Shown here: positions 10,401 through 18,453 of the stretch, piece after piece
How positions within the stretch are numbered: the first letter of the stretch is position 1
Layout: the number at the start of each line of letters is the position of its first letter
From: Gemmatimonadaceae bacterium
GTDB lineage: Bacteria; Gemmatimonadota; Gemmatimonadetes; Gemmatimonadales; Gemmatimonadaceae
DNA length: 36,089 nt
Direction: 5' to 3'
Assembly (NCBI GenBank): GCA_044224875.1
Contig: JBGAJQ010000055.1
Coordinates: 1 to 36,089 of the forward strand
Program-made: the position numbers and the translations under genes
Notes under the pieces: generated by a model
Told to the model about the DNA's origin: nothing
Databases searched by the model: none
The model's input: the letters and a program-made list of their open reading frames with translations, nothing else

Positions 10401-10589
10401 GGGACATACCGTCTGGTAATGACGGATTTCCTGGCATCGGGCGGCGATGGCTTGAACGTCGCCGACGCGGCCGGACGTGCCGAACTACTGCCAATCGTCG
10501 ATCTGGACGCCCTGATCGACTATCTTCGAGCCCAGCCGGACGCCGTGCGGGCTCCGCGCGACCGTCGCTTGATCCCCGTAACCCCATGA
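7422..10589 (+). CDS. Secreted tandem 2',3'-cyclic-nucleotide phosphodiesterase/3'-nucleotidase plus 5'-nucleotidase (YfkN-like, two metallophosphoesterase modules)
   Basis: Signal peptide. Module 1: TTDVHG, DAGDFLQGNP, GNHEFNYG, HSG, GHSH, YPYENT. Module 2: FNDFHG, DGGDEFQG, GNHEFDWG, GHTH, MNTGGVRA, QPFGN, DFLASGGDG. Confidence 0.92.
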   Translation: MWLNILRVIVFLAPAVVVAQDPAPRLGDERRIVVAATTDVHGRIRGWDYYASAPDSARGLSRAATIVDSLRASNPGRVVLVDAGDFLQGNPLTFVAARVRSSDRHPVIAAMNAMRYDAATIGNHEFNYGLPFLRRAIAQASFPMLAANAHTPGGAQAFAASRMVIRDGVRIGIVGGTTPGAMLWDRDHLRGKLSLGDIVPALRKEVAQLRARGADVVVAVLHSGLDEAASYDTVGSGLPSENVSARVAREVPGVDLVVYGHSHRELADSTVGTTLLVQPRNWAGSVAIATLTVRREAGRWRVSGSHGALVRTAGHAEHAAVLEASQRVHDATVSYISGAVATTSHRWSADSSRVRDTPIVDFMLEVMRRRTGADLAVGASFALDAAIDSGRVTVAELSRLYPYENTLRAVRITGRQLREYLEYSARYFKDASGGALAPGTIDPAIPGFNFDMLAGADYTYDLTHPIGQRLTRLEVRGRAVQDSDTFTLAVNNYRQSGGGGYAMLRGAPVVYDRQEDIRQLLIDEARRRRRLEPTDYASANWRLEPSNAVGVAYAQMHLEARTREATTVPGSKARTLRIVAFNDFHGALEPRRDSAGTVRGGAVALAWEIERARAECVPPQCQSVLLDGGDEFQGTAASNFLYGRPVVELFNRLGVAAAALGNHEFDWGQDSLKARMHQAHYPILGANVRDADGSDVPWITDDTLLTVGTLRVGVIGIATVETSRTTKPANVSDLRFVDPGPVVDAHAKALRARGADAVIVVAHAGAFCTRGEAATCDGEIITMARQANARVDAFVSGHTHSPIATVVRGAAVVQARTRGTTLAIADIPLAGGDPQVQLRDVRPDRSGPPDTAVVRIVEAATAGLRERMGRPIARVAERLSSGTEGPLGNLIADAQRRAGAGDVAVMNTGGVRASIDSGMATFGALFEVQPFGNALVRLTVSGTQLRTYLERVVGHDPVRAHLSGVTVRYDPAKPPGERVVDVRFTDGRTIDPNGTYRLVMTDFLASGGDGLNVADAAGRAELLPIVDLDALIDYLRAQPDAVRAPRDRRLIPVTP

Positions 10590-10822
10590 CCGTGCGCGTG
10601 TACGTGAATTCCCGCCCCGTGGAAGCTCCCGACGCCGGCAACGTGCTGGACGCGGTGCGAGCCCTCGATGCCGAACTCGCCGACCAAGTGGCCGCCGGCA
10701 CACGCGTCGTCACGGACTCACGCGGCCTTCCCGTAGAGGCCACCACGCCACTGGTCGTTGGGTCGATCTTCCGCGTGGTGCACGCGCGCTCCACCAGCGA
10801 AACGCAGGACACCGAGCCTTGA
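10586..10822 (+). CDS. Small hypothetical protein, possible beta-grasp (ubiquitin/ThiS/Fer2-like) fold, no Cys
   Basis: 78 aa; 4-nt overlaps with both neighbours; VRVYVNSRPVEAP...NVLDAVR resembles beta-grasp N-termini. Confidence 0.75.
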   Translation: MTVRVYVNSRPVEAPDAGNVLDAVRALDAELADQVAAGTRVVTDSRGLPVEATTPLVVGSIFRVVHARSTSETQDTEP

Positions 10823-11871
10823 GCGGCGCCGCTCCCGTCCTCACCAGAACGCTGCTGGAGCACCTGCCAAAGGCGGAACTGCACTGCCACCTCGACGGCT
10901 CCGTTCGCCCCGCGACCCTGTTGGAACTCGGCCGCGAGTACCACGTGCCGATGCCGCGAGACGATGCCGACGCACTGCGGGAGTTCATGATCGTGAAGGA
11001 CGCGCGGACGCTGGAGGACTACCTGCGTCGCTTCGAAATCACGCTCTCGGTCATGCAGCGCGCCGACGCCTTGGAACGGATCGCATTTGAGCTGGCGGAG
11101 GATGCTGCATGCGAGGGCGTCCGCTACCTGGAAACGCGCTTCGCGCCGGTCTTGAACATCCGGCAGGGACTGTCGTTGGGTGAAACGATCGAGGCGGCCC
11201 AGCGAGGATTGGAGCGTGCCGAGCGGGAATTCGGTATCGTGGGACGTCTCATTGTCTGCGGGCTCCGCACGTTGGATCCGACCGTGTCGGTGGAGTTGGC
11301 GCGCCTTGCCGTCGCGTACAAGGACCGCGGCGTCGTGGCCTTTGACCTGGCGGGGGGGGAACTGGGGCACCCAGCATCCCTCCATGCCGAGGCTTTTGCC
11401 TACGCGCACGCGAACGGACTCCCGTGCACGTGTCACGCCGGCGAAGGGGATGGACCCGATTCCATTCGCCAGGCCCTCCACATTTGCGGCGCCCAACGCA
11501 TCGGACACGCGACGCGACTGGGCGAAGACGAAAGCCTCGCGCGCGAGGCACTCGATCGCCACATTCCACTCGAGATCTGCCTGACGAGCAATGTGCAGAC
11601 CCACGCCGCGCGGTCGTACGATGCCCACCCCGCACGCCAGTACATCGACCGCGGTTTGACCGTTGTCCTCAACACCGACAACCGCCTCATGAGTGGCGTG
11701 AACCTGGTGGACGAGTACGAGCACGCCGTTCGTCAGCTGCATTGCACCTTTGACGAGGTGGCCCGCATCGCCCTCGCGGGTTTTCAGAGCGCGTTTGTTT
11801 CCGGAGAGACGAAGCGTCGGTTGCTGGCCGACGCCACGGAGCAGATCGAGCGTCTCAGGTCCGGCCAGTGA
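10819..11871 (+). CDS. add: Adenosine deaminase
   Basis: LPKAELHCHLDGS, YLETRFAP, FDLAGGE, HAGE, RIGHATR, EICLTSN, NTDN. Confidence 0.94.
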   Translation: MSGAAPVLTRTLLEHLPKAELHCHLDGSVRPATLLELGREYHVPMPRDDADALREFMIVKDARTLEDYLRRFEITLSVMQRADALERIAFELAEDAACEGVRYLETRFAPVLNIRQGLSLGETIEAAQRGLERAEREFGIVGRLIVCGLRTLDPTVSVELARLAVAYKDRGVVAFDLAGGELGHPASLHAEAFAYAHANGLPCTCHAGEGDGPDSIRQALHICGAQRIGHATRLGEDESLAREALDRHIPLEICLTSNVQTHAARSYDAHPARQYIDRGLTVVLNTDNRLMSGVNLVDEYEHAVRQLHCTFDEVARIALAGFQSAFVSGETKRRLLADATEQIERLRSGQ

Positions 11872-12692
11872 GTGACGCCCTCCCGGACGCGCGGGCGGTC
11901 GCTGACGACCTCCGAAAACGACTCGCCGTCACACGGCCTGCGTGCGCGATCGTACTCGGGTCTGGGCTAGGTGGACTGGCGCGGCGCATCGACGGGGCGC
12001 GGCGCGTGCCCTATGCAGAGGTCCCCGGTTTTGCGGCGACGGCCGTCGAGGGGCATGCCGGCGAGTTGATCTGCGGCTCGCTCGGCGGGCGTGAGGTACT
12101 GGCGCTTGCCGGACGCTTTCACGTGTACGAGGGGCATTCGTATGTGCAGGCGGGGTTTCCGACCCGGGTCGTGCATGCGTTAGGCGCGCCAGTGCTGCTC
12201 CTCTCCAACGCCGCGGGGGGCATTCGGCGCACCATGCAGCCGGGGGACCTCATGGTGCTGAATGACCATCTCAACCTCATGTGGGGCAGCCCGCTGGTCG
12301 GTCGCGTGGTGCAGGGCGACCAACGATTTCCGGACATGTCCGAGCCGTACGATCCGGCGCTACGCGCGCTCTTGCACGACTGCGCGCGCGCGCGTGGCGG
12401 CCAGCTCCACGATGGCGTGTACGCCGGCCTGCAGGGTCCCAGTTACGAAACGCCGGCCGAAGTGCGCATGCTCGAGCGACTCGGTGCTGACGCCGTGGGG
12501 ATGTCGACCGTACCGGAAGTGCTGGTCGCCCGCGCCCTCGGCATGCGGGTGGCGGCCGTCAGCTGCATCACCAATCCGGCCGCTGGTTTGAGCCACGAGA
12601 AGGTGGACCATGCCGATGTGCTGAAGTCGACGCAACGGGCGGCCGGCCAGTTCGAACAGCTCGTTACCGACTTTGTCTCGCGCCTTGCGTGA
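11868..12692 (+). CDS. punA: Purine nucleoside phosphorylase (trimeric PNP-I type)
   Basis: IVLGSGLG, GHAG, GRFHVYEG, NAAGG, GPSYETPAE, DAVGMSTVPE, SCITNPAAG. Confidence 0.93.
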   Translation: MSDALPDARAVADDLRKRLAVTRPACAIVLGSGLGGLARRIDGARRVPYAEVPGFAATAVEGHAGELICGSLGGREVLALAGRFHVYEGHSYVQAGFPTRVVHALGAPVLLLSNAAGGIRRTMQPGDLMVLNDHLNLMWGSPLVGRVVQGDQRFPDMSEPYDPALRALLHDCARARGGQLHDGVYAGLQGPSYETPAEVRMLERLGADAVGMSTVPEVLVARALGMRVAAVSCITNPAAGLSHEKVDHADVLKSTQRAAGQFEQLVTDFVSRLA

Positions 12693-12753
12693 TGAGGCTG
12701 GGCGTCCGCGCCAGACACGCAACGCCACCAGCGAACGGGTCGCCCGTCGGCGC

Positions 12754-13368
12754 CTAGAACACCAGGCCCACGCTCACGGGTAGCAGCGTCACCTTGGAAT
12801 CGTCGATCGTGACCGTGTGGTAGCGCCCCTCGAGGAACAAGCCGACCGCGCCCAGCTTGAAACGGATACCCGCACCGCCGTTGAAGCCGAGGGATGTCTT
12901 GGCCAGACTCTGCGTGACGTCGCCGTCGGACAGACTCGGTTCGACTCGGTAAGAGCCGCCGCCCGCCAGCACGTACCAGCCAAACGTCGAGCCGCGCGCC
13001 ATGGACTCGAGTACCGCGGTGGCGCCGCCATAGAGCACACTCCACGTTCCCGTGACACCGGCGGGTGCCCCCGCCTCGGCAAGGGATTCGGGCGTCATGT
13101 CCATCTTGTGGTACTGCAGCTCGCCCCGTACACCCCAGACCTTTCCCTCCGGCCGATACTGCACAGCTCCCATCCCTGCCACACCAGACTTCGCGACCTC
13201 CTTGAAATCGCTGATCGGGGTCGACGCGGAGGCACCGACCCAAACGCTCACCGGCCGGTATGGACCGACAGCTGCACCACTCGCCTGCGCCGCAGATTCG
13301 CGGCTGCAGATCGTGATCGCCAGGGCCAACGCGGCGCTGTACGTGAACGACCGAACCAGGAGGGGCAT
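12754..13368 (-). CDS. Small outer membrane beta-barrel protein (OmpA/OmpW-like 8-stranded)
   Basis: Signal peptide ending AAQ, alternating amphipathic strands (GFNGGAGIRF, LFLEGRYH) and C-terminal GLVF. ATG 13368 has GAGG upstream. Confidence 0.85.
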   Translation of the reverse strand: MPLLVRSFTYSAALALAITICSRESAAQASGAAVGPYRPVSVWVGASASTPISDFKEVAKSGVAGMGAVQYRPEGKVWGVRGELQYHKMDMTPESLAEAGAPAGVTGTWSVLYGGATAVLESMARGSTFGWYVLAGGGSYRVEPSLSDGDVTQSLAKTSLGFNGGAGIRFKLGAVGLFLEGRYHTVTIDDSKVTLLPVSVGLVF

Positions 13369-13551
13369 TCGGGAACCTCGGCAGGAAGTGAGGGGACGTG
13401 GGCCGGCGAATGACCGCCACTCTTGACGACTAGGACACGTGAGGCGTGACCCAACCACCACGCTGCGGCCGCCGCGGCCCCTAACGAAACAGTCTGTCGC
13501 GTTCGAGGATGTGACCTGAGTCGCAAGCCGCTCGCGATTCCTGCTGTGTCC

Positions 13552-14346
13552 CTAGCGACTCACGTTCTTGGTGGGGAGGGACAACAGTCGCTGCCGAAAT
13601 TCCTGATACCGGGGGGAGTCTTTGGTCAGCGATGCCAGCACGGCGGCGTTGATGTGCGAGATCTGCGCCTCGGTCGCCGCGATGCGACTCTCCTCCAGCG
13701 GGTGGGTCTGGAAGAACGCGTCGAGCGCGCCTGGTTGGTTTTTTCGTTCATCCAAGAGCACCTGAAACATCTCGGGAATGCCGCGGGGGTCGATCCCGGC
13801 TCGCGTCACGTAGTCGACACCGACCTTGTCTGCTTCAGCTTCATCCGTGCGACTGAATTTTGCGAACACCGCGGTTCCACCCACCTGAATGGCGGTGTTG
13901 GCGATCCCATTGTTGCACACGTTGGTGAGCACGCATCCGAGTGTGAGCCCGATGTTGGCTCCCTGCGCCTTCTGCATCTGCTTGATCGAATGACGTTGCG
14001 TCACGTGGCCAATCTCGTGGCCAAGCACCCCAGCCAGCATGTCCAACTTGATCGCCCGCTCGATGAGCCCACGGTTCACGTAGACGTATCCGCCGGGGAT
14101 CGCGAAGGCATTCACTTCCTTGCTGTCGACAATAAAGAAGTGCCAGTCCAAGGACCGATCGTCCGCGACGCGGGCGAGCGAGTCGCCAAGCACATTGATA
14201 TAGCGATTGAGTTCGGGGTCCTTGATGATCGGCAGTTTCTGGTTGACCTGCTGCGAGTACGACTGACCCATGTCTACTTCCTGCTGCGTGGAGACGGCGC
14301 AGCCGGCAGCCAGAATCAACGCCCCCAACTTGAGAAAACGGTTCAT
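13552..14346 (-). CDS. M48-family zinc metalloprotease lipoprotein (LoiP/BepA-like)
   Basis: Lipobox LAAGC, VNAFAIPGGYVYV, HEIGH, FSRTDEAEAD, FFQTHP. ATG 14346 has GGGAG upstream. Confidence 0.92.
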   Translation of the reverse strand: MNRFLKLGALILAAGCAVSTQQEVDMGQSYSQQVNQKLPIIKDPELNRYINVLGDSLARVADDRSLDWHFFIVDSKEVNAFAIPGGYVYVNRGLIERAIKLDMLAGVLGHEIGHVTQRHSIKQMQKAQGANIGLTLGCVLTNVCNNGIANTAIQVGGTAVFAKFSRTDEAEADKVGVDYVTRAGIDPRGIPEMFQVLLDERKNQPGALDAFFQTHPLEESRIAATEAQISHINAAVLASLTKDSPRYQEFRQRLLSLPTKNVSR

Positions 14347-14405
14347 ATTACTCCCATCATGAGCGCACGAATTCATCACTCACAGGCCGTGGACGAGTCT
14401 GACGC

Positions 14406-15161
14406 ATGCGCGTGCTCACCCTAGCCCGCGACCTGAGGCGTCGCAAGGCGCGTGAACGCGACGCGTTGTTTGTCGTTGAAGGTGTTCGAGCCGTGGAAGA
14501 ACTGGTTCGCTCGCCGCTGGACATCGTCGGCGTCCTGGCGGCGCCAAAGTTGATGGAGTCCGAGCGCGGAGCCACGCTTCGCCAAGCGTTGGTGAATCGC
14601 GGTGCCATCATTTCGGACGTCACGGAACGTGAGTTCACCTCGGCGTCGGAAACAGAGTCTCCCCAAGGTGTCCTTGCCGTGGCACGAATCCCGGAGCGCT
14701 CGCTTGGTTCGTTGCACGCCATGCCCGCCTTTCGACTGCTGGTCCTCGATGCAGTACAGGACCCCGGGAACGTGGGCACGATCGTGCGGACCGCCGCCGC
14801 ATTGGGTGCCACGGCGACGGTCGCCCTGCCGGGAACCGTTGACCTCTGGAATGCGAAAGTCGTCCGAAGCGCAATGGGCGCACATTTTCATCACCTCGCA
14901 CTGCATGTTACCGGGGACCACCTACGTGCGTTCCTGAGTGAGGCAGGTACCGAGCTCTGGGGAGCCGATGCACGCGGCGATCGGATTCCGGCGGCTGCGC
15001 CTCCCCGTCTCGCGATCGCCGTTGGCAATGAAGGGGCTGGACTCACGGATGGTGTGCGCGAACTGTGCGCGCGCCTCATTGCCCTTCCCACCGCGCCGAT
15101 CGTCGAGTCGCTGAATGTGGCGGTCGCCACCGGCATACTGTTGTACGAGCTACGCCAGTGA
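14406..15161 (+). CDS. TrmH/SpoU-family RNA 2'-O-methyltransferase
   Basis: FVVEG, PQGVLAV, LDAVQDPGNVGTIVRTA, VGNEGAG, ESLNVAVA. Confidence 0.93.
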   Translation: MRVLTLARDLRRRKARERDALFVVEGVRAVEELVRSPLDIVGVLAAPKLMESERGATLRQALVNRGAIISDVTEREFTSASETESPQGVLAVARIPERSLGSLHAMPAFRLLVLDAVQDPGNVGTIVRTAAALGATATVALPGTVDLWNAKVVRSAMGAHFHHLALHVTGDHLRAFLSEAGTELWGADARGDRIPAAAPPRLAIAVGNEGAGLTDGVRELCARLIALPTAPIVESLNVAVATGILLYELRQ

Positions 15162-16024
15162 ACGATCTCTTTCTCGCCGTCTATGCCTTTGTGGTGGGGG
15201 CCTGCATCGGGTCCTTCCTGAACGTCTGCGTAGCACGCTGGCCGTTAGAGCTGTCGGTCGTGCATCCCAGATCCCGTTGCCCGCGCTGCGCCTCGCCGAT
15301 CGGCTGGCGCGACAACATTCCCATCGTCAGCTGGTTGCTCCTGCGCGGAAAGTGTCGCGGGTGCGCCCTCCCCATTGCCTACCAGTATCCCCTGGTGGAG
15401 CTGCTGGTGGCACTCGGTTGGATGGTGACGGCCCTCCACTTTGGGCCAACCTTCACGGCGTTGCGCGTGGCCATCTTCGCCACGACGCTCTTTGGCATCG
15501 CGCTCACGGACGCGAAGCACTACCTCATTCCGGACGGCTTCACCGTCTTCGGACTGGTGTGGGTGCTGGCCACGTCGGTCGTCGGGGCAGTCGTCGGCGA
15601 AACGCTACCGTTTGTTGACCCGTATGATGCTCTCGTGGGGGCGTGTGTGGGTGCCGGGGCAATCTCAATCGTCGGCTGGCTCGGAGAAGTGGTGTTGAAG
15701 CGAGAAGCAATGGGATTTGGGGACGTCACGCTGATGGCCGTTGTTGGTGCCGCATTGGGCCCGGCGCGCACTTTCGTGACGATCTTTCTCGGTGCCGCCA
15801 TTGGTGCCTTCGCCTTCGTGCTCGTGGTGTATCCGCTCGTCAGGCATCGTGCCGCCCGAACCCAGGGCGACGTTCAGACGGAGCTTGCCTTGGGTGATGA
15901 CCTCCGGCCGGACATGCCCCAGGTACCGTTTGGGGTCTTTCTTGCGCCTGCCGCGCTCGTGGCATTGCTTTGGGGACAGCCGCTGATCGACTGGTATTTG
16001 CGGCGCGCCCTCCTTGATTCGTGA
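15158..16024 (+). CDS. pilD: Type IV prepilin peptidase / N-methyltransferase (A24)
   Basis: GSFLNVC, RSRCPRC, DNIPIVSWLLLRGKCRGC, YPLVE, catalytic Asp motifs (TD...IPD, MGFGD) and PFGVFL. GTG 15158 overlaps the trmH stop. Confidence 0.93.
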   Translation: MNDLFLAVYAFVVGACIGSFLNVCVARWPLELSVVHPRSRCPRCASPIGWRDNIPIVSWLLLRGKCRGCALPIAYQYPLVELLVALGWMVTALHFGPTFTALRVAIFATTLFGIALTDAKHYLIPDGFTVFGLVWVLATSVVGAVVGETLPFVDPYDALVGACVGAGAISIVGWLGEVVLKREAMGFGDVTLMAVVGAALGPARTFVTIFLGAAIGAFAFVLVVYPLVRHRAARTQGDVQTELALGDDLRPDMPQVPFGVFLAPAALVALLWGQPLIDWYLRRALLDS

Positions 16025-17217
16025 GCGACGAAGACCTCTCCCGTCCCCTCAGTGGGGCTCTGGCTCAGCTAACGCGCGACCTCACCGCGGACGCTCGCGC
16101 CGAGCGGCTGGAACCTGTGCGGTGCCGCGACGAGGAAATCTCTCGCGTCATTGACATCCTGCTGCGACATGGAAAGAACAATCCGGCCCTCGTTGGCCCA
16201 GCTGGCGTTGGCAAGACCGCGATAGCCGAGGGGTTGGCGCAACGACTGGTCGGTGGGGGTGGCAATGTGCCTTTGGCGCTACGGAGCGCCAGGGTGCTGG
16301 CCCTGGATCATGTGTCGCTGCTTGCCGGGACGTCGTATCGCGGCCAGTACGAGGAGCGGATTCGTGCGCTCGTGGCGGAGGTAAGCGCCGACCCAGACGT
16401 GATCCTGTTCGTTGACGAGCTTCACAACCTGATTGGGCAGGGCACGGCGATCGGAGTGGCCATGGACGCCGCGAACATGCTCAAGCCGGCGTTGGTGCGA
16501 GGCGACTTCCGCGTGATCGGCGCCACGACGAGCGAGGAATACGAGCGGTGGATTTGTGGAGATCCGGCGCTCGAGCGGCGTTTCCAGCGGGTCCTCGTGA
16601 ACGAGCTGTCGGCCGAGCAAACGGCGGAAATCCTCAAGGCACGGCGACTGCGCCTGGAACGGCACCACAACGTGGTGATTTCCGATGAGGCGATTCGCGC
16701 GGCGATTGCGATAACTGACGAGCATCAGACGGATCGCCGTCGTCCGGACCGGGCGATCGATGCACTCGACGAAGCGTGCGCGCACCTGCAGGCGGTGGTG
16801 CAATACACCGTGGATACCGAACGTCTCATCGTTAGGCGCCGAGAGCTGCTGCGTCAGTCGGCACGGCACGGCGAAGCGCCGCGCCGGCCAAAGCAAGACG
16901 AGGGCCCCGACGAGGTGGAAGCCTTCGCGCGCGACGGCATGGCCGCGCTGGAGCGACTGGGGGCCGAGATCGAGGCGATTTTTGTGGGTGGTCCCGCGCC
17001 GCAAAGCACGCGACCGCAGCGCGCCGTTGAGCAGTCCCCGCCGCCGGCCGTCGCCGTGCCGCCGTCGCTGGCCGATGAATTGGCGAGCCTCGATGCCTCC
17101 TTGCGCGACCATCTACTTACGCAGGGTGTCGTCGTTCGCGGCGCCGATATCGCGCGTGTGGTCGCCGTTGCCACTGGACACCAGGTCACATGGATCGAAT
17201 CGTTGCAGCCCGTCTGA
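16021..17217 (+). CDS. Clp/Hsp100-type AAA+ ATPase comprising only the first (D1) nucleotide-binding module
   Basis: KNNPALVGPAGVGKT (Walker A), AGTSYRGQYEER (pore loop), ILFVDE (Walker B), GATT, DPALERRF, PDRAIDALDEA. Ends just after the DIARVVAVATG D1/D2 linker; no N-domain and no D2. Confidence 0.88.
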   Translation: MSDEDLSRPLSGALAQLTRDLTADARAERLEPVRCRDEEISRVIDILLRHGKNNPALVGPAGVGKTAIAEGLAQRLVGGGGNVPLALRSARVLALDHVSLLAGTSYRGQYEERIRALVAEVSADPDVILFVDELHNLIGQGTAIGVAMDAANMLKPALVRGDFRVIGATTSEEYERWICGDPALERRFQRVLVNELSAEQTAEILKARRLRLERHHNVVISDEAIRAAIAITDEHQTDRRRPDRAIDALDEACAHLQAVVQYTVDTERLIVRRRELLRQSARHGEAPRRPKQDEGPDEVEAFARDGMAALERLGAEIEAIFVGGPAPQSTRPQRAVEQSPPPAVAVPPSLADELASLDASLRDHLLTQGVVVRGADIARVVAVATGHQVTWIESLQPV

Positions 17218-18452
17218 CAGCCGCCCTCGCGATGCTCGCCGCGCTCTCCTGCAAGAGCGAGTCGAAGGCCGCGGGAAATTCCGGGCCCTTCGCGGCCGAA
17301 GTCGCCGATGCCGTGCCCAAGCTCGAAAAATCCACGGGCCTGAAATTCAAGACGCCGCCCAAACTGGAGGAGCGTTCCCGCGACGAGGTGCGCACATTCC
17401 TGGAGCAGCGCTTTGCCGCGGAACTCCCGGATGCCGAGATCTCGGCGACTGAGCGTTCCTACAAGCGGCTCGGCCTGCTCCCCGACACGTTGAACCTGAA
17501 GAAGTTCATGCTCGACCTGCTCACCGAGCAGGTGGCGGGATACTACGATCCCTCCGCCAAGACGTTGTACGTGGTCAAGGGTGCTTCCACGGAAATCATC
17601 AACATCACCGTGCAGCACGAATTGGTGCACGCCCTGCAGGACCAGTACATCAACCTGGACTCGCTGCAAAAGGCGCGCACGGACAACGACCGGCAAGTCG
17701 CCGCCCAGTCGGTGATCGAGGGGCAGGCCACGCTGGAGCAGCTCGGTGGAATCAACCTGGCCTCTTCGCTCCCAGGGGGTTGGGATCGCGTCCGTCAGCT
17801 CATACGAGAGTCGCAGAGCTCCATGCCGATGTTTGCCGCTGCGCCGCTCGTGCTCCAGGAGACCTTGCTCTTCCCCTACCTCAGCGGCGCCGAATTCGTG
17901 AGGCGATTCAAGAGTCACTACCCCGACGAGGCGCCGTTCTCACGTCTGCCAGCGTCCACCGAACAGGTGATGCACGAGGACCGTTTCTTCGGCGATGCGA
18001 TGGATGACCCGACCACGGTCACGTTGCCGCCACCAAACAGTGGCAAGAAGGTCTTCGAGAACGGTCTCGGCGAATTCGAGACTCGCCTGATGCTCTACGA
18101 GCACCTTAAGGACCAGAGTGGAGCCGTGCGCGGCGCGGCGGGGTGGGACGGCGACCGCTACATGCTGGTGGAGACGCCACGCGGCGATGCCATCGCGTGG
18201 GTGTCGGTGTGGGATTCGTCGATCGATGCCGCGGAGTTTGTCGATCTGCTCGACACTGGACTGCTGAAACGGTACGGCACCGTCCGTCCGCAGGGCGCGT
18301 CGCAACAACGCCGGACGTACGGAATTCCGGGTCGCACGATCGCCATCTCGACCGGCGAGGTCGACGGCCGGCCAACGGTGATGTTTGTGGACGTCCCGGC
18401 CGGCACCAGCGTCGACCTGTTGAACCTGCAAAAGGTGACCCTGCAGCAGTAA
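17190..18452 (+). CDS. Lipoprotein with zincin-like HExxH motif (putative metallopeptidase)
   Basis: Lipobox LAALSC, EQVAGYYDP, HELVHALQDQ, downstream EGQAT, FPYLSG, PASTEQV, AAGWDGD. Confidence 0.82.
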   Translation: MDRIVAARLTAALAMLAALSCKSESKAAGNSGPFAAEVADAVPKLEKSTGLKFKTPPKLEERSRDEVRTFLEQRFAAELPDAEISATERSYKRLGLLPDTLNLKKFMLDLLTEQVAGYYDPSAKTLYVVKGASTEIINITVQHELVHALQDQYINLDSLQKARTDNDRQVAAQSVIEGQATLEQLGGINLASSLPGGWDRVRQLIRESQSSMPMFAAAPLVLQETLLFPYLSGAEFVRRFKSHYPDEAPFSRLPASTEQVMHEDRFFGDAMDDPTTVTLPPPNSGKKVFENGLGEFETRLMLYEHLKDQSGAVRGAAGWDGDRYMLVETPRGDAIAWVSVWDSSIDAAEFVDLLDTGLLKRYGTVRPQGASQQRRTYGIPGRTIAISTGEVDGRPTVMFVDVPAGTSVDLLNLQKVTLQQ

Positions 18453-18453
18453 C

